Part shown: positions 23,078 through 33,966 of the stretch, piece by piece | How positions within the stretch are numbered: position 1 is the stretch's first letter | How the letters are laid out: every line of letters begins with the position of its first letter | From: Alphaproteobacteria bacterium | GTDB taxonomy: Bacteria; Pseudomonadota; Alphaproteobacteria; GCA-2731375 | Direction of reading: 5' to 3' | Length of the DNA stretch: 64,000 nt | Assembly: GCA_965232515.1 (NCBI GenBank) | Contig: CBDDPY010000002.1 | Span: 3,904,001-3,968,000 of the forward strand | Made by a program: the position numbers and the translations under genes | Notes under the pieces: model-generated | Databases searched by the model: none | Told to the model about the DNA's origin: nothing | Seen by the model: only the letters and a program-made list of their open reading frames with translations

Positions 23078-24094
23078 ATGTCGGATGCCGACGCCCAGAC
23101 TGACGTAGCCATCATCGGCGCCGGGCCGGTCGGGCTGTTCGCGGTCTTCGAGCTCGGCATGCTGAACATGCGGGCGGCCGTGTTCGACGCGCTCGACGCG
23201 CCAGGCGGCCAGTGCGCGGCGCTCTATCCGGAAAAGCCGATCTACGACATTCCGGGCTATCCACGCATCGACGCCGGCGACCTGGTCGCGCGATTGACCG
23301 AGCAGGCGGCGCCCTTCGCGCCCGGCTATCACCTCGGATCGCCGGTCACACATTTGAGCCGCGATGGCAACGGTTGGCAGGTCGGCGCCGAGAATGGCGC
23401 TAAGGTCTCGGCCAAGGCAGTGGTCATCGCCGCCGGCGGCGGCGCCTTCGGCCCGAACCGGCCGCCGCTCGACGGCATCGAGACCTACGAAGGCCGCTCG
23501 ATCTTCTACATGGTCGGCCGGCGCGAAGATTTTCGCGGCAAACGCGTCGTCATCGCGGGTGGCGGCGATTCCGCCGTCGACTGGGCGCTGTCGCTCGCCG
23601 AGATCGCCGCCAGTGTCGCGGTCGTGCACCGCCGGCCCAAGTTCCGCGCGGCGCCAGCCAGCGTCCAGCGCCTGCATAAGCTGGCCGATGCCGGCGCAAT
23701 CGAGTTGGTCGTGCCCTATCAACTCGCCGGTCTCGACGGCGGCGACGGCCAGTTGGACGCGGTCATCGTGCGGACGCTCGACGGCGACGAGCGCCGCCTG
23801 CCGGCGGACGTGTTGCTGCCGTTCTACGGCCTGTCGTCCGATCTCGGACCGATCGCCGGCTGGGACCTGGCGCTGGAGCGCCGGCAGATCGCCGTCGATC
23901 CCGCCACCTGCGCCACCAGCCAGTCGGGCATCTACGCCATCGGCGACATCGTCACCTATCCCGGCAAGCTGAAGCTGATCCTCTGCGGCTTTTCCGAGGC
24001 CGCGCTGGCCGCGCACGCCATCCACCGCCTGGTCTTCCCCGACCAGGAGCTGCACTTCGAATACTCGACCATGAAAGGTTTGCCCGGCAGTTGA
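23078..24094 (+). CDS. Ferredoxin--NADP+ reductase, thioredoxin-reductase type
   Basis: IIGAGPVG, LYPEKPIYDIPG, GGGDSAVDWA, YPGKLKLI; no CxxC; ATG 23078. Confidence 0.88.
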   Translation: MSDADAQTDVAIIGAGPVGLFAVFELGMLNMRAAVFDALDAPGGQCAALYPEKPIYDIPGYPRIDAGDLVARLTEQAAPFAPGYHLGSPVTHLSRDGNGWQVGAENGAKVSAKAVVIAAGGGAFGPNRPPLDGIETYEGRSIFYMVGRREDFRGKRVVIAGGGDSAVDWALSLAEIAASVAVVHRRPKFRAAPASVQRLHKLADAGAIELVVPYQLAGLDGGDGQLDAVIVRTLDGDERRLPADVLLPFYGLSSDLGPIAGWDLALERRQIAVDPATCATSQSGIYAIGDIVTYPGKLKLILCGFSEAALAAHAIHRLVFPDQELHFEYSTMKGLPGS

Positions 24095-24126
24095 TCCGGA
24101 TCCAGGCCGCCGCCTGATGGCCGACC

Positions 24127-24230
24127 CTTCGAGGCTTCGCTTCGCTCCGCGCCTCAGGGTGAGGCTTTAGCTGATATCAAGCTCCGCCTCATGCTGAGGA
24201 GCCGGCGCAGCCGGCGTCTCGAAGCATGCG
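24127..24230. repeat. REP-like palindromic doublet, family A
   Basis: cttcgag...cctcagggtgagg / cctcatgctgaggag...cgtctcgaag inverted arms; related copy at 48175-48281. Confidence 0.8.
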
Positions 24231-24258
24231 CCATCGGTCTCCGTCGTCGGGGCCGAGC

Positions 24259-26388
24259 CTACTCCGCCGCTGGTTCCTCCAGCGCCACGGGCTGCCGCAC
24301 GGGCAGGTGGCAGGTCACCTGCGTGCCGACATTGACTTCCGACTGCAGCTCGACACGGCCGCCATGCAGCTCGACCACGCTCTTGACCAGCGACAGGCCG
24401 AGCCCCACGCCCTGCCGGCGGCCGGCGCTGCTGCCGCGGTGGAACTTGTCGAAGACCAGCTCCAGATCGCGGGCGCCGATGCCGATGCCGGTGTCGCTGA
24501 TCGCGATCTGCAGCTCGTTACCGTTCTTCGCGGCGGCCAGCTTGATATGGCCGCCCGGCGGCGTGAACTTCACGGCGTTGCTCAACAGGCTGAACAGCAC
24601 CTGCTTGATGCGCCGCTCGTCGACCTCGGCCGTGCCGATATCGGCCGGGCAGTCGAAGTCGAGCCGCAGCTTCTGCTGTCGCGCCCGCTCTCGCGTCAGC
24701 GCCAGCACGCTCGCCAGCGCGGCGTGAACGTCGAGCGGCGCCGTGTCCAGCTCCAGCCGCCCGGCCTCGATGCTGGCCAAGTCCAAGATATCGTTGATCA
24801 GCGCCAGCAGCTCGTGCGACGAGGTCAGAATACCTTCGCTGTATTCCTTCTGCCGCTCGTTGAGGTCGCCGAAATACTCGTTCCCCAGGACCTCGGCAAA
24901 GCCGATGATGACGTTCAGCGGCGTGCGCAGTTCGTAGGACACGTTGGCGATGAATTCCGACTTCAACCGGTCGGCGGTCTCCAGCGCCTCGTTACGCTCA
25001 CGCAGCGCGCGCTCGATCTCGACGCTGTCCGAGACGTCGAGATAGGTGAACAGCACGTTGCCGTCCGGCAGCGGCAGGCTGGCGAAGTCGATCACCGAGG
25101 CGTTGGGCCGATCGAGCCGCCCGGTCCGCGCCACCCGGTCCGTCACCGATGCGATAAGTTCCGTGCGCTTTTCGTCCCAGGGCGTGCCATCGTCGAACAG
25201 GCCGCGCGCTTCGTCGATGATCTCGCCCACGTGCGGCTCGGTCGACAGCAGCTTCTCGTCGAGCTGCCACATCTTGGCGAAGGTCGGGTTGTGCAGTTTC
25301 AGCCGGCCGTCCCCGCCATAGACCGCGACGCCCTCATAGAGGTTCTCCAGCGTCTCCTGCTGCACCGCGATCAGCGTGTTGTAGGAGCGCTCCAGCGCCA
25401 GCCGGTCGGTCACGTCCTCGAACAGGAGCAGGATTCCGCCGAATGGATGCGGCGCGATGATGGTCCGCAGCACCCGTCCATCCGGCAGGTAGGAAAGCGA
25501 TTCCTCGGGATGCAGCAGATTGGTGTAATAGGCCAGGATGTTGGCCTTGTAGGCTGGATAGTCCGCCTGCTCCTCCAGCAACCGGTTCTCGCGCAGGGCA
25601 TCCAGCACCTCGCTGTGGCTCGGCTGCGTCGCCAGCCAGTCCTGGTCCAGATGCCACAGACGGGCATAGGCGTCATTGTGATAGGCGACCCGCTTGTCGG
25701 GCCCGAAGATCACGATCGCCGCGTTCAGGATGTTCAGAACCTCGGCATGCGCCTCGTCGTGCCGCTTCAGTTCGGCCTTGGTCTCCTCGTTCTCGGTGAC
25801 GTCGAGGGCGAAGCCGGCGATGCCGCCGTCGGGCAAGCCCGGCACCTCATGAACGCGCAGCGCCCGCCGCTGGCCGTCGACGACGAAATACCGCGTCTCG
25901 ACGCGCACCTCACCGCTGGCCTGCGCGCTCTGGGCCAATGTCTTGGCCTGATCGGGGATGATCGCGGTCTCGATCTCCAGGCCGCCGGCCAGGACCGCGT
26001 CGCGCCCACTGCCGACGGTGTTGGCGTAGGCCGCGTTGCAGTCGGTCAGCCTCAGGCTGCCGTCACGCCGCCAGGTCGGGAACGGCGCCAGATCCATCAG
26101 GGTCCGTAGGCCGTCGGCGATGGTCTGGGTGGCCTGCAGCTGCTTGGCCGCCGCGCCGGCTTGGCCGGCGGCGCGTTCCTCCAGCTCGGCATAGCGCGCC
26201 ATCAGAGTCGCGATCTCCGCCGTCCGTCGCCGGTTGCGCAGCCACAACGCCGCCGCGGCGGCGCTCGCGATGATTGCGATGGAGAGGCAGAAAAGGCTGA
26301 ACTGATCGACCGGAACCGCATCGGCCGCCAGCGCCGGCCGCGCCGTGAATGCGAGCGACAACGCGATCAGGCGCGCGAGTTTCGGCAT
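24259..26388 (-). CDS. divL: PAS-domain histidine pseudokinase DivL
   Basis: Multiple PAS-like repeats; H-box reads VSYELRTPL (Tyr instead of His); HATPase boxes; lies next to ahcY and tsaE. Confidence 0.8.
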   Translation of the reverse strand: MPKLARLIALSLAFTARPALAADAVPVDQFSLFCLSIAIIASAAAAALWLRNRRRTAEIATLMARYAELEERAAGQAGAAAKQLQATQTIADGLRTLMDLAPFPTWRRDGSLRLTDCNAAYANTVGSGRDAVLAGGLEIETAIIPDQAKTLAQSAQASGEVRVETRYFVVDGQRRALRVHEVPGLPDGGIAGFALDVTENEETKAELKRHDEAHAEVLNILNAAIVIFGPDKRVAYHNDAYARLWHLDQDWLATQPSHSEVLDALRENRLLEEQADYPAYKANILAYYTNLLHPEESLSYLPDGRVLRTIIAPHPFGGILLLFEDVTDRLALERSYNTLIAVQQETLENLYEGVAVYGGDGRLKLHNPTFAKMWQLDEKLLSTEPHVGEIIDEARGLFDDGTPWDEKRTELIASVTDRVARTGRLDRPNASVIDFASLPLPDGNVLFTYLDVSDSVEIERALRERNEALETADRLKSEFIANVSYELRTPLNVIIGFAEVLGNEYFGDLNERQKEYSEGILTSSHELLALINDILDLASIEAGRLELDTAPLDVHAALASVLALTRERARQQKLRLDFDCPADIGTAEVDERRIKQVLFSLLSNAVKFTPPGGHIKLAAAKNGNELQIAISDTGIGIGARDLELVFDKFHRGSSAGRRQGVGLGLSLVKSVVELHGGRVELQSEVNVGTQVTCHLPVRQPVALEEPAAE

Positions 26389-26614
26389 CAAAGGGACCTG
26401 CCACGGCACATCGAGTCACCATAACCCGCTGTCCCGAAATCAGACAAGCCATGCCCATTTGATTTGGCTCGACCCGTCCCACGCCCTCACCCGACCAGCC
26501 ACGGAAGTATGCTCAATGGGTGGTCGGGTGAGGGCGTGGGACGGGTCGAGAACTCAGAACAAAAACGCCGACAGGTCGCGGCCGCCCGATCCGCGATCCA
26601 TCAGCGCTGGTCAC

Positions 26615-27910
<1,296 letters not shown>

Positions 27911-28024
27911 GCTTCGGCTCCGAACAACGCGGCCGCGGCCACGTACGTATGGGTCAATTCGGTCACCGCGGACCCCTTCCGCAGCGGTGCCGGCTGAATA
28001 TCAACGGCGCCCCGTCGATGCAAG

Positions 28025-28043
28025 CATAAAGAAATCTTTATAT
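28025..28043. promoter_or_regulatory. Palindromic operator upstream of ahcY, SahR-like
   Basis: ATAAAGA-AA-TCTTTAT at 28026-28041 in an AT-rich patch about 115 bp upstream of ahcY. Confidence 0.6.
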
Positions 28044-28122
28044 CTTTAAGAAGGCCTTAAAATCGGGCGAAAAAGGCAAACAATTCTCATTATCCGAAAA
28101 ACATTAACGGCCAATTGCCGCC

Positions 28123-28947
28123 TCAGGCCTGGGCACTGAAGGTCGGATCGAGCGCCTCGCGCAGGACATCGCCCAGCATATTCAGCCCCAGAACGGCCAG
28201 CGCCACGGCCATGCCGGGCACCAGCGCCGTCCACGCCGCCACATCCAGATAGTCGCGCGAGGCCTGGATCATCAGGCCCCAGGATGGGGTCGGCGGCTGC
28301 GTGCCCAGGCCCAGGAACGACAGGCCCGCCTCGGCCAGGATGGCGAAAGCGACGCTGATCGTCGCCTGCACGATCACCGGCGCCATGATGTTCGGCAGAA
28401 CATGCAGCCGGATGATGCGCAGGTTGGAGGCGCCCTGCGAGCGGGCGGCTTCGACATAGGGCAGGCGGCTGACCTTCAACGTTTCGCCGCGGACGATGCG
28501 GGCGAGATAGGGCGCGAAGGCGATGCCGATGGCCAGCACGGTATTCTGGATATTGGGGCCCAAGACGGCGCTGATGGCGAGCGCCAGCAGAATTGCCGGA
28601 AAGCTGAGCAGGGTGTCGACCAACCGCATCAGCCCGTGATCGACCCAGCCCCTGAAATAGCCCGACAGGATGCCCAGCGGCAGTCCCAGCAGGATGCTGA
28701 TGGCGACGGCGGAGATCGCGATCAACAGCGAGGTATGGGCGCCGAGCAGCACCCGGTAGAACAGTTCGCGGCCAAGCTGATCGGTGCCGAGCGGATGCGC
28801 GAAGGACGGCGGCTTCAACCGCGCCGTCACGTCGATCCGGGTGCTGAGTTCTTCCGGGATCAGCACCGGCGACAGAACGGCCACCAGCGCGAACAGCACG
28901 ACCAGCGACAAGCCGATCAGGCCCTTGGGGTTCAACAACGCCCTCAT
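28123..28947 (-). CDS. Peptide/nickel-type ABC transporter permease (DppC-like)
   Basis: HPLGTDQLGR, EAA motif YVEAARSQGA, LSFLGLG. Confidence 0.93.
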   Translation of the reverse strand: MRALLNPKGLIGLSLVVLFALVAVLSPVLIPEELSTRIDVTARLKPPSFAHPLGTDQLGRELFYRVLLGAHTSLLIAISAVAISILLGLPLGILSGYFRGWVDHGLMRLVDTLLSFPAILLALAISAVLGPNIQNTVLAIGIAFAPYLARIVRGETLKVSRLPYVEAARSQGASNLRIIRLHVLPNIMAPVIVQATISVAFAILAEAGLSFLGLGTQPPTPSWGLMIQASRDYLDVAAWTALVPGMAVALAVLGLNMLGDVLREALDPTFSAQA

Positions 28948-29008
28948 GCCGCGACGGTCCGTCCAAAGCCTGTCATGCGTCCGTTTCGCGCCCTGTCCAT
29001 CGCGCCGC

Positions 29009-29950
29009 TCAATCGAAGCCGATGCGCGGATCGAGGACGGTGTAGATCAGGTCGACGATCAGATTGCTCAGCATGAACACCGCCGCGATGACGAAGACGG
29101 TGGCCTGAATCAGCGGCACGTCCCGGTTCAGCAATGCCTGATAGGTCAGCCAGCCCATGCCGGTGAAGTTGAACAGGCTCTCGACGACGATGATGCTGCC
29201 GAACAGATAGCCGAGCTGCAGCCCGGCAACGGTGATCACCGGCGCGATGGCGTTTCGCAGCGCATGCCGGACGATGACGCTGCCCTCGCCCAGGCCCTTG
29301 GCGCGACAGACCCGGATGAAGTCCTGCGAGATGACCTCGAGCATGGCCGACCGCGTCATCCGGGTCAGATGCGCCATCAGGCTCAGCCCCAGCGCGATCG
29401 CCGGCAGCAGCGCGTGTTTCAGGGCCAGCCAGAAATCTTCCGCCGGCGACACGAACCCGCTCGACGGCAGCCAGCCCAGCGCGCGCGAGAACAGCAGGAT
29501 CAGCAGGATGCCCCAGAAGAAATCCGGCAGGCTGATGCCCGCCAGCGCGGCGCCGCTGCTCAGCGCATCCTGCCATTGGTTCTGCTTGACCGCGGCGATA
29601 ACGCCGAGCGGGATGGCGAGCGCAAGCGCGATCAGCAGCGACAGGACGACCACCATGCCGCTTGCCAGCATCTTCTGGCCCATGAGCTGGCCGATCGGCT
29701 CCTTGAAGCGCAGCGAGATGCCCCAGTCGCCCTGCAGCATGCCCCAGATCCAACGGCCGTATTGCACCAGCAGCGGATCGTTGAGGCCGAGCTTCTGCTC
29801 CAGCGCGGCCAGCGTTTCCGGACTGCCGCGGGTGCCGAGGATCATCGTCGCCACATTGCCGGGCAGGATGTTCGTGATCACGAAGGTGACCACGGAGATC
29901 AGCAGCAGCGTCAGGACGAGGAGGGCTAACCGGTTGACGAGGTATCTCAT
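29009..29950 (-). CDS. Peptide/nickel-type ABC transporter permease (DppB-like)
   Basis: GDWG.S, RAKGL, HALRNA, DLIY..LDPRI. Confidence 0.93.
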   Translation of the reverse strand: MRYLVNRLALLVLTLLLISVVTFVITNILPGNVATMILGTRGSPETLAALEQKLGLNDPLLVQYGRWIWGMLQGDWGISLRFKEPIGQLMGQKMLASGMVVVLSLLIALALAIPLGVIAAVKQNQWQDALSSGAALAGISLPDFFWGILLILLFSRALGWLPSSGFVSPAEDFWLALKHALLPAIALGLSLMAHLTRMTRSAMLEVISQDFIRVCRAKGLGEGSVIVRHALRNAIAPVITVAGLQLGYLFGSIIVVESLFNFTGMGWLTYQALLNRDVPLIQATVFVIAAVFMLSNLIVDLIYTVLDPRIGFD

Positions 29951-30010
29951 GGGGCCTGGGACGACGCCTCGAATGGGTTACGGCCACGATGGCCGACGAC
30001 CGATGTAAAC

Positions 30011-30044
30011 GACCGAGGCGCGACGTGACGCCCGCACCTCGGTC
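30011..30044 (-). terminator. Stem-loop between substrate-binding and permease genes
   Basis: gaccgagg...cctcggtc inverted repeat downstream of the SBP stop; no clear U tract. Confidence 0.45.
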
Positions 30045-30097
30045 CTGGGAATGACGGATCGGGCCGTTTCAGCCGACCGGTACGCGCGGCCGCCCGT

Positions 30098-31648
30098 TCA
30101 AGCCTTCAGCCAGACGTTCCGGAAGTTCAGGTTGCTGCCGTTCGGGTGCACCAGCTTGTCCAGTCCGCCGACATTGTTCTGCGCCGCCACGGTGCCGTTG
30201 CGGAACCACAGCACGACATCGTGGGATTCGTCATGAATACGCTGCTGGATCTGATGATAGGTCTTCGCGCGTTCGGCCTGGTCGACGGTCACGCGGGCTT
30301 TCTGCGTCAGCTCATCCAGCATGGGGTCGTTGACGTTGCGGTAATTGAACGCGCCCGTCGAATGCCAAAGGCTGTAGTACAGGAAGTCCGGCTCCCACAG
30401 CGTGAAGAAGTTCATCATCGTGACGTCGTAGTCGCGGTCGACCCAGCACTGGCTCAGCCAGTCGCTCCAGGTCAGCTGCTGCACCGTCACCTTGACGCCG
30501 GCGGCGCGGAACCATTCCTGCAGGATCTGCGTGGCTTCGACATGCCAGGGATAGTTCGTCGTCACCTTGAAGACGAATTCCAGCTCGCCCTCGCCATAGC
30601 CCGCCTGCTTCAGCAGGTTGCGCGCCTCGTCGAAATCCTGCGGGCGCACCTTGAGATCCTTGTTGCGCGAGGCGGAGCTCGGAAAGCTCGGCGACGCCGT
30701 CACCTCGCCCTGCCCCCACAGCGCGCCCTGCACCAGGACCTCCTTGTCGATCATGTGATCGAAGGCGCGGCGGACGGTTGGATTGTTGAACGGCTCCCGC
30801 TTGTGGTTGAAGTTCAGGAACGCCCAGGACAGCGGGAACCAGGTCACCACCTGGAAGTTGCCGTCTTTCTTCAACGCGTCGACGCGATCCAGCGGAATGT
30901 CGTTGATCAGATGCATTTCGCCGGTGCGCAGGCCGGTCAGCCGCACCGTCGGCTCGGTCACCTCGCGCGACGTGATGGCGTCCAGATAGGCCGGTCCCTG
31001 CCAGTAATCGTCGAACCGGACCAGCTTGACCTCGTTGCCGAACTCGCGCGACACGAACTTGAACGGCCCGGCGCCGATCGGGGTCGTGCCCTGAATGTCG
31101 CCGCTGCCTTCGGGCATGATCACGCCGGCGCCGTTTTCGGCGAGACGGCCCAGGAACGGCGCGTTCACACGCGACATCCTGACCTGCACCGTGCGGTCGT
31201 CGGGCGTGAGGATCTCTTCGACGTCGTTGAAGACCTCGAAGTTGACGGCGCCCGTATCCGGATTCTTCACGCGCTCGAACGAGTATTTGACGTCGGCCGA
31301 GGTCATCGTCTTGCCATTGTGAAAGCGCACGTTGGGCCGCAGGACGAACGTATAGGTCAGGCCGTCGTCGCTCTGCTCGAAGCTTTCCGCCAGGCTCGGC
31401 TGTATCTTGAAATTGCTATCGACGGTGACGATGGAGTCGTGAACGTTCTGCAGCAGCCGACCCGTCGACGCCGTACCGGTCTGGTGCATGTCCAGGTTCT
31501 GCGTGGTCTCCGAATGACCCCAGATCAGTGTGCCGCCCCGCGTTGGCGTGTCCGATTGCGCAAAGGCGCTGAATGCCGGCGCGCCGCCGAACATCAGTGC
31601 GCCGCCGGCCACGGCGCCTGTTTTCTTGACGAATTCTCTGCGTTTCAT
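30098..31648 (-). CDS. ABC substrate-binding protein, family 5, Tat-exported
   Basis: MKRREFVK twin-arginine signal, LAESF, FHNG, GAGPF; AGGAGG RBS. Confidence 0.92.
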   Translation of the reverse strand: MKRREFVKKTGAVAGGALMFGGAPAFSAFAQSDTPTRGGTLIWGHSETTQNLDMHQTGTASTGRLLQNVHDSIVTVDSNFKIQPSLAESFEQSDDGLTYTFVLRPNVRFHNGKTMTSADVKYSFERVKNPDTGAVNFEVFNDVEEILTPDDRTVQVRMSRVNAPFLGRLAENGAGVIMPEGSGDIQGTTPIGAGPFKFVSREFGNEVKLVRFDDYWQGPAYLDAITSREVTEPTVRLTGLRTGEMHLINDIPLDRVDALKKDGNFQVVTWFPLSWAFLNFNHKREPFNNPTVRRAFDHMIDKEVLVQGALWGQGEVTASPSFPSSASRNKDLKVRPQDFDEARNLLKQAGYGEGELEFVFKVTTNYPWHVEATQILQEWFRAAGVKVTVQQLTWSDWLSQCWVDRDYDVTMMNFFTLWEPDFLYYSLWHSTGAFNYRNVNDPMLDELTQKARVTVDQAERAKTYHQIQQRIHDESHDVVLWFRNGTVAAQNNVGGLDKLVHPNGSNLNFRNVWLKA

Positions 31649-31879
31649 TGACCCCTCCTGTTGGTGACGGTTGGCCCGCAAGAATGACAGCGGCGCCATG
31701 ACTGCCGCCGCCCCTGAAGCTTTGAAAGATCCGCAAAAGAAAAATCGTACCATATTGGCCCGGTTGCGGAATGATATGATTCCTAGCGCAACCGGATGGT
31801 CACGACGCCGGCGAAACTTGCGCGGCCCGTTTTTTCCCCTACCATCCGGACGGCAATGCAGAGTCGGGACGGAGAAACG

Positions 31880-32932
31880 ATGTTGTCGGAAGGGGGTGCC
31901 GACGCCGAAACGATATCGGTCCCGGCCGATGAGACGGTCCTCGAGGTCGAGGACCTGCGCACCCATTTCCATACACCCGAAGGCGTGATCCGGGCCGTCG
32001 ACGGCGTTTCCTTCACCATCAACAGCGGCGAAACGCTGGCCGTGGTCGGCGAGTCCGGCAGCGGCAAGAGCGTCACCGCCCTGTCGATCCTCCGGTTGCT
32101 GGCCATGCCGCCGGCGCGGATCGCCAGCGGCCGGATTCTCTACCGGGGGCAGGACCTGCTGACGCTCTCCGACGCCGAGATGCGGGACATCCGCGGCAAC
32201 ATCATCTCGATGATCTTTCAGGAGCCGATGACGTCCCTCGATCCGGTCATGACCGTCGGCAGGCAGATCGCCGAATCCATCCGGCTGCACCAGGGCGTTT
32301 CCACGAGAGAGGCGCTCGAGCGCGCGGTCACGGCGCTCGATCTGGTGGGTATTCCCGCGCCGGCCCAGCGCGCGAGAGAATATCCGCACCAGCTCTCCGG
32401 CGGCATGCGGCAGCGCGTGATGATCGCCATGGCGATGGCCTGCAATCCGCGGCTGCTGATCGCCGACGAGCCGACCACGGCGCTCGACGTGACGATTCAG
32501 GCGCAGATCCTGAACCTCATGCTCGACCTGAAAGAGCGCATGGGCACGGCGATCATTCTGATCACCCATGACCTCGGCGTCGTCGCCGAGGTGGCCCAGC
32601 GGGTGGTGGTGATGTATGCCGGCCGCGTGGTCGAGGAAAGCACGGTCGGCCTGCTGTTCACGCGGCCCATGCACCCCTACACCGTCGGCCTGCTGGGCTC
32701 GGTGCCGCGTCTCTTCAGCTCGCTCGAAACCGACGGCGGCGAGGACCGTCTGCAGGAGATTTCCGGCAACGTGCCGTCGATGCGCGAGGAGATCAAAGGC
32801 TGCGCGTTCGCACCGCGCTGCGGTTACGCGACCGAGCGCTGCCGGCAGGACGCGCCGCCGCTGGAGGAGAAGCAGCCCGGCCACCGCGCCGCCTGCTGGG
32901 AAAGCCACCGGCTGCCGGATCGCCATGCCTGA
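31880..32932 (+). CDS. Peptide ABC transporter ATPase (DppD-like)
   Basis: [22 protein letters not shown]-terminal GC.F.PRC. Confidence 0.94.
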   Translation: MLSEGGADAETISVPADETVLEVEDLRTHFHTPEGVIRAVDGVSFTINSGETLAVVGESGSGKSVTALSILRLLAMPPARIASGRILYRGQDLLTLSDAEMRDIRGNIISMIFQEPMTSLDPVMTVGRQIAESIRLHQGVSTREALERAVTALDLVGIPAPAQRAREYPHQLSGGMRQRVMIAMAMACNPRLLIADEPTTALDVTIQAQILNLMLDLKERMGTAIILITHDLGVVAEVAQRVVVMYAGRVVEESTVGLLFTRPMHPYTVGLLGSVPRLFSSLETDGGEDRLQEISGNVPSMREEIKGCAFAPRCGYATERCRQDAPPLEEKQPGHRAACWESHRLPDRHA

Positions 32933-33944
32933 GGTAGCCGCCGGTGTCCCATCAGACAGTGCGCGCACGGTGCTCGATGTCCGCGACCTCGCCATGCACT
33001 TTCCGGTCAAGCACGGCCTGTTCGGACGCGTCTCCGGTCACGTCTATGCCGTGGACGGCGTGTCCTTCTCGATCCGCGAGGGTGAAACCCTGGGCGTGGT
33101 CGGTGAAAGCGGCTGCGGCAAGACCACGCTGGGCAAGACCGTGCTCCGCCTGCTGTCGCCGACCGCGGGTCGGATCGTGCTGCGGGGCGAGGACATCACC
33201 CGCAAGTCGGACCGGGAAATGCGCGAGCAGCGCCGGCAGATGCAGATGGTGTTCCAGGACCCCTACGCTTCGCTCAACCCGCGCATGACCTGCGGCCGGA
33301 TCGTCGCCGAGCCGCTGGAGATCTACGGCCTGGCCTCGGGCCGGGAGAAAGACGACCTGATCACCGCGCTGTTCGAGCGCGTCGGCCTGACCGCGGAACA
33401 GAAGGCGCGTTATCCGCACCAGCTTTCCGGCGGCCAGCGTCAACGGCTCGGCATCGCCCGGGCACTGGCGTTGAATCCCAGCCTCATCATCGCCGACGAA
33501 CCGGTTTCCGCGCTCGACGTCTCGGTGCAGGCCCAGGTCATCAACCTGCTGCGGGATCTGCAGCGCGACTCCAACCTTGCCTATCTCTTCATCTCCCACG
33601 ACCTCGCCGTGGTCGAGCATATCAGCCACCGCATCGCGGTGATGTATCTGGGCAAGGTCGTCGAGATCGCCGAGAAGCGGGCGCTGTTCGCATCGCCCCT
33701 GCATCCCTATTCAGAAGCCCTGCTGTCGGCCGTGCCGGTGCCGGACCCGCATGCCAGGCGCGAGCGGATCATTCTTCGCGGCGACGTGCCGAGCCCGGTC
33801 AACCCGCCGTCCGGCTGCGCCTTCCACACCCGCTGCCCCTACGCCACGGATATCTGCCGCGCGGAAGTGCCGGCATTGAAAGAAATCAGCGACGGCCATT
33901 TCGCCGCCTGCCATCTGCGCGAGCCCGCCGCGCCGAACGGATAA
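32925..33944 (+). CDS. Peptide ABC transporter ATPase (DppF-like)
   Basis: [34 protein letters not shown]. Confidence 0.94.
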   Translation: MPEVAAGVPSDSARTVLDVRDLAMHFPVKHGLFGRVSGHVYAVDGVSFSIREGETLGVVGESGCGKTTLGKTVLRLLSPTAGRIVLRGEDITRKSDREMREQRRQMQMVFQDPYASLNPRMTCGRIVAEPLEIYGLASGREKDDLITALFERVGLTAEQKARYPHQLSGGQRQRLGIARALALNPSLIIADEPVSALDVSVQAQVINLLRDLQRDSNLAYLFISHDLAVVEHISHRIAVMYLGKVVEIAEKRALFASPLHPYSEALLSAVPVPDPHARRERIILRGDVPSPVNPPSGCAFHTRCPYATDICRAEVPALKEISDGHFAACHLREPAAPNG

Positions 33945-33966
33945 CGTCGAGGAACTGGAGCATCAG

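Noticed and set aside
22130-24094. Apparent 654-aa FNR and 527-aa TsaE fusions with long mutual overlap
   Set aside because: The extensions are antisense read-through of each other and of amgK; true starts are 23078 and 22960
27911-28020. Possible SAH riboswitch upstream of ahcY (CAACGGCGCCC-like segment near 28002)
   Set aside because: The segment is on the strand opposite ahcY and the other conserved elements are not evident; needs an Rfam covariance search
30098-33010. 970-aa ORF suggesting a giant substrate-binding protein
   Set aside because: The N-terminal half is the antisense shadow of the ATPase; RBS and Tat signal place the start at 31648
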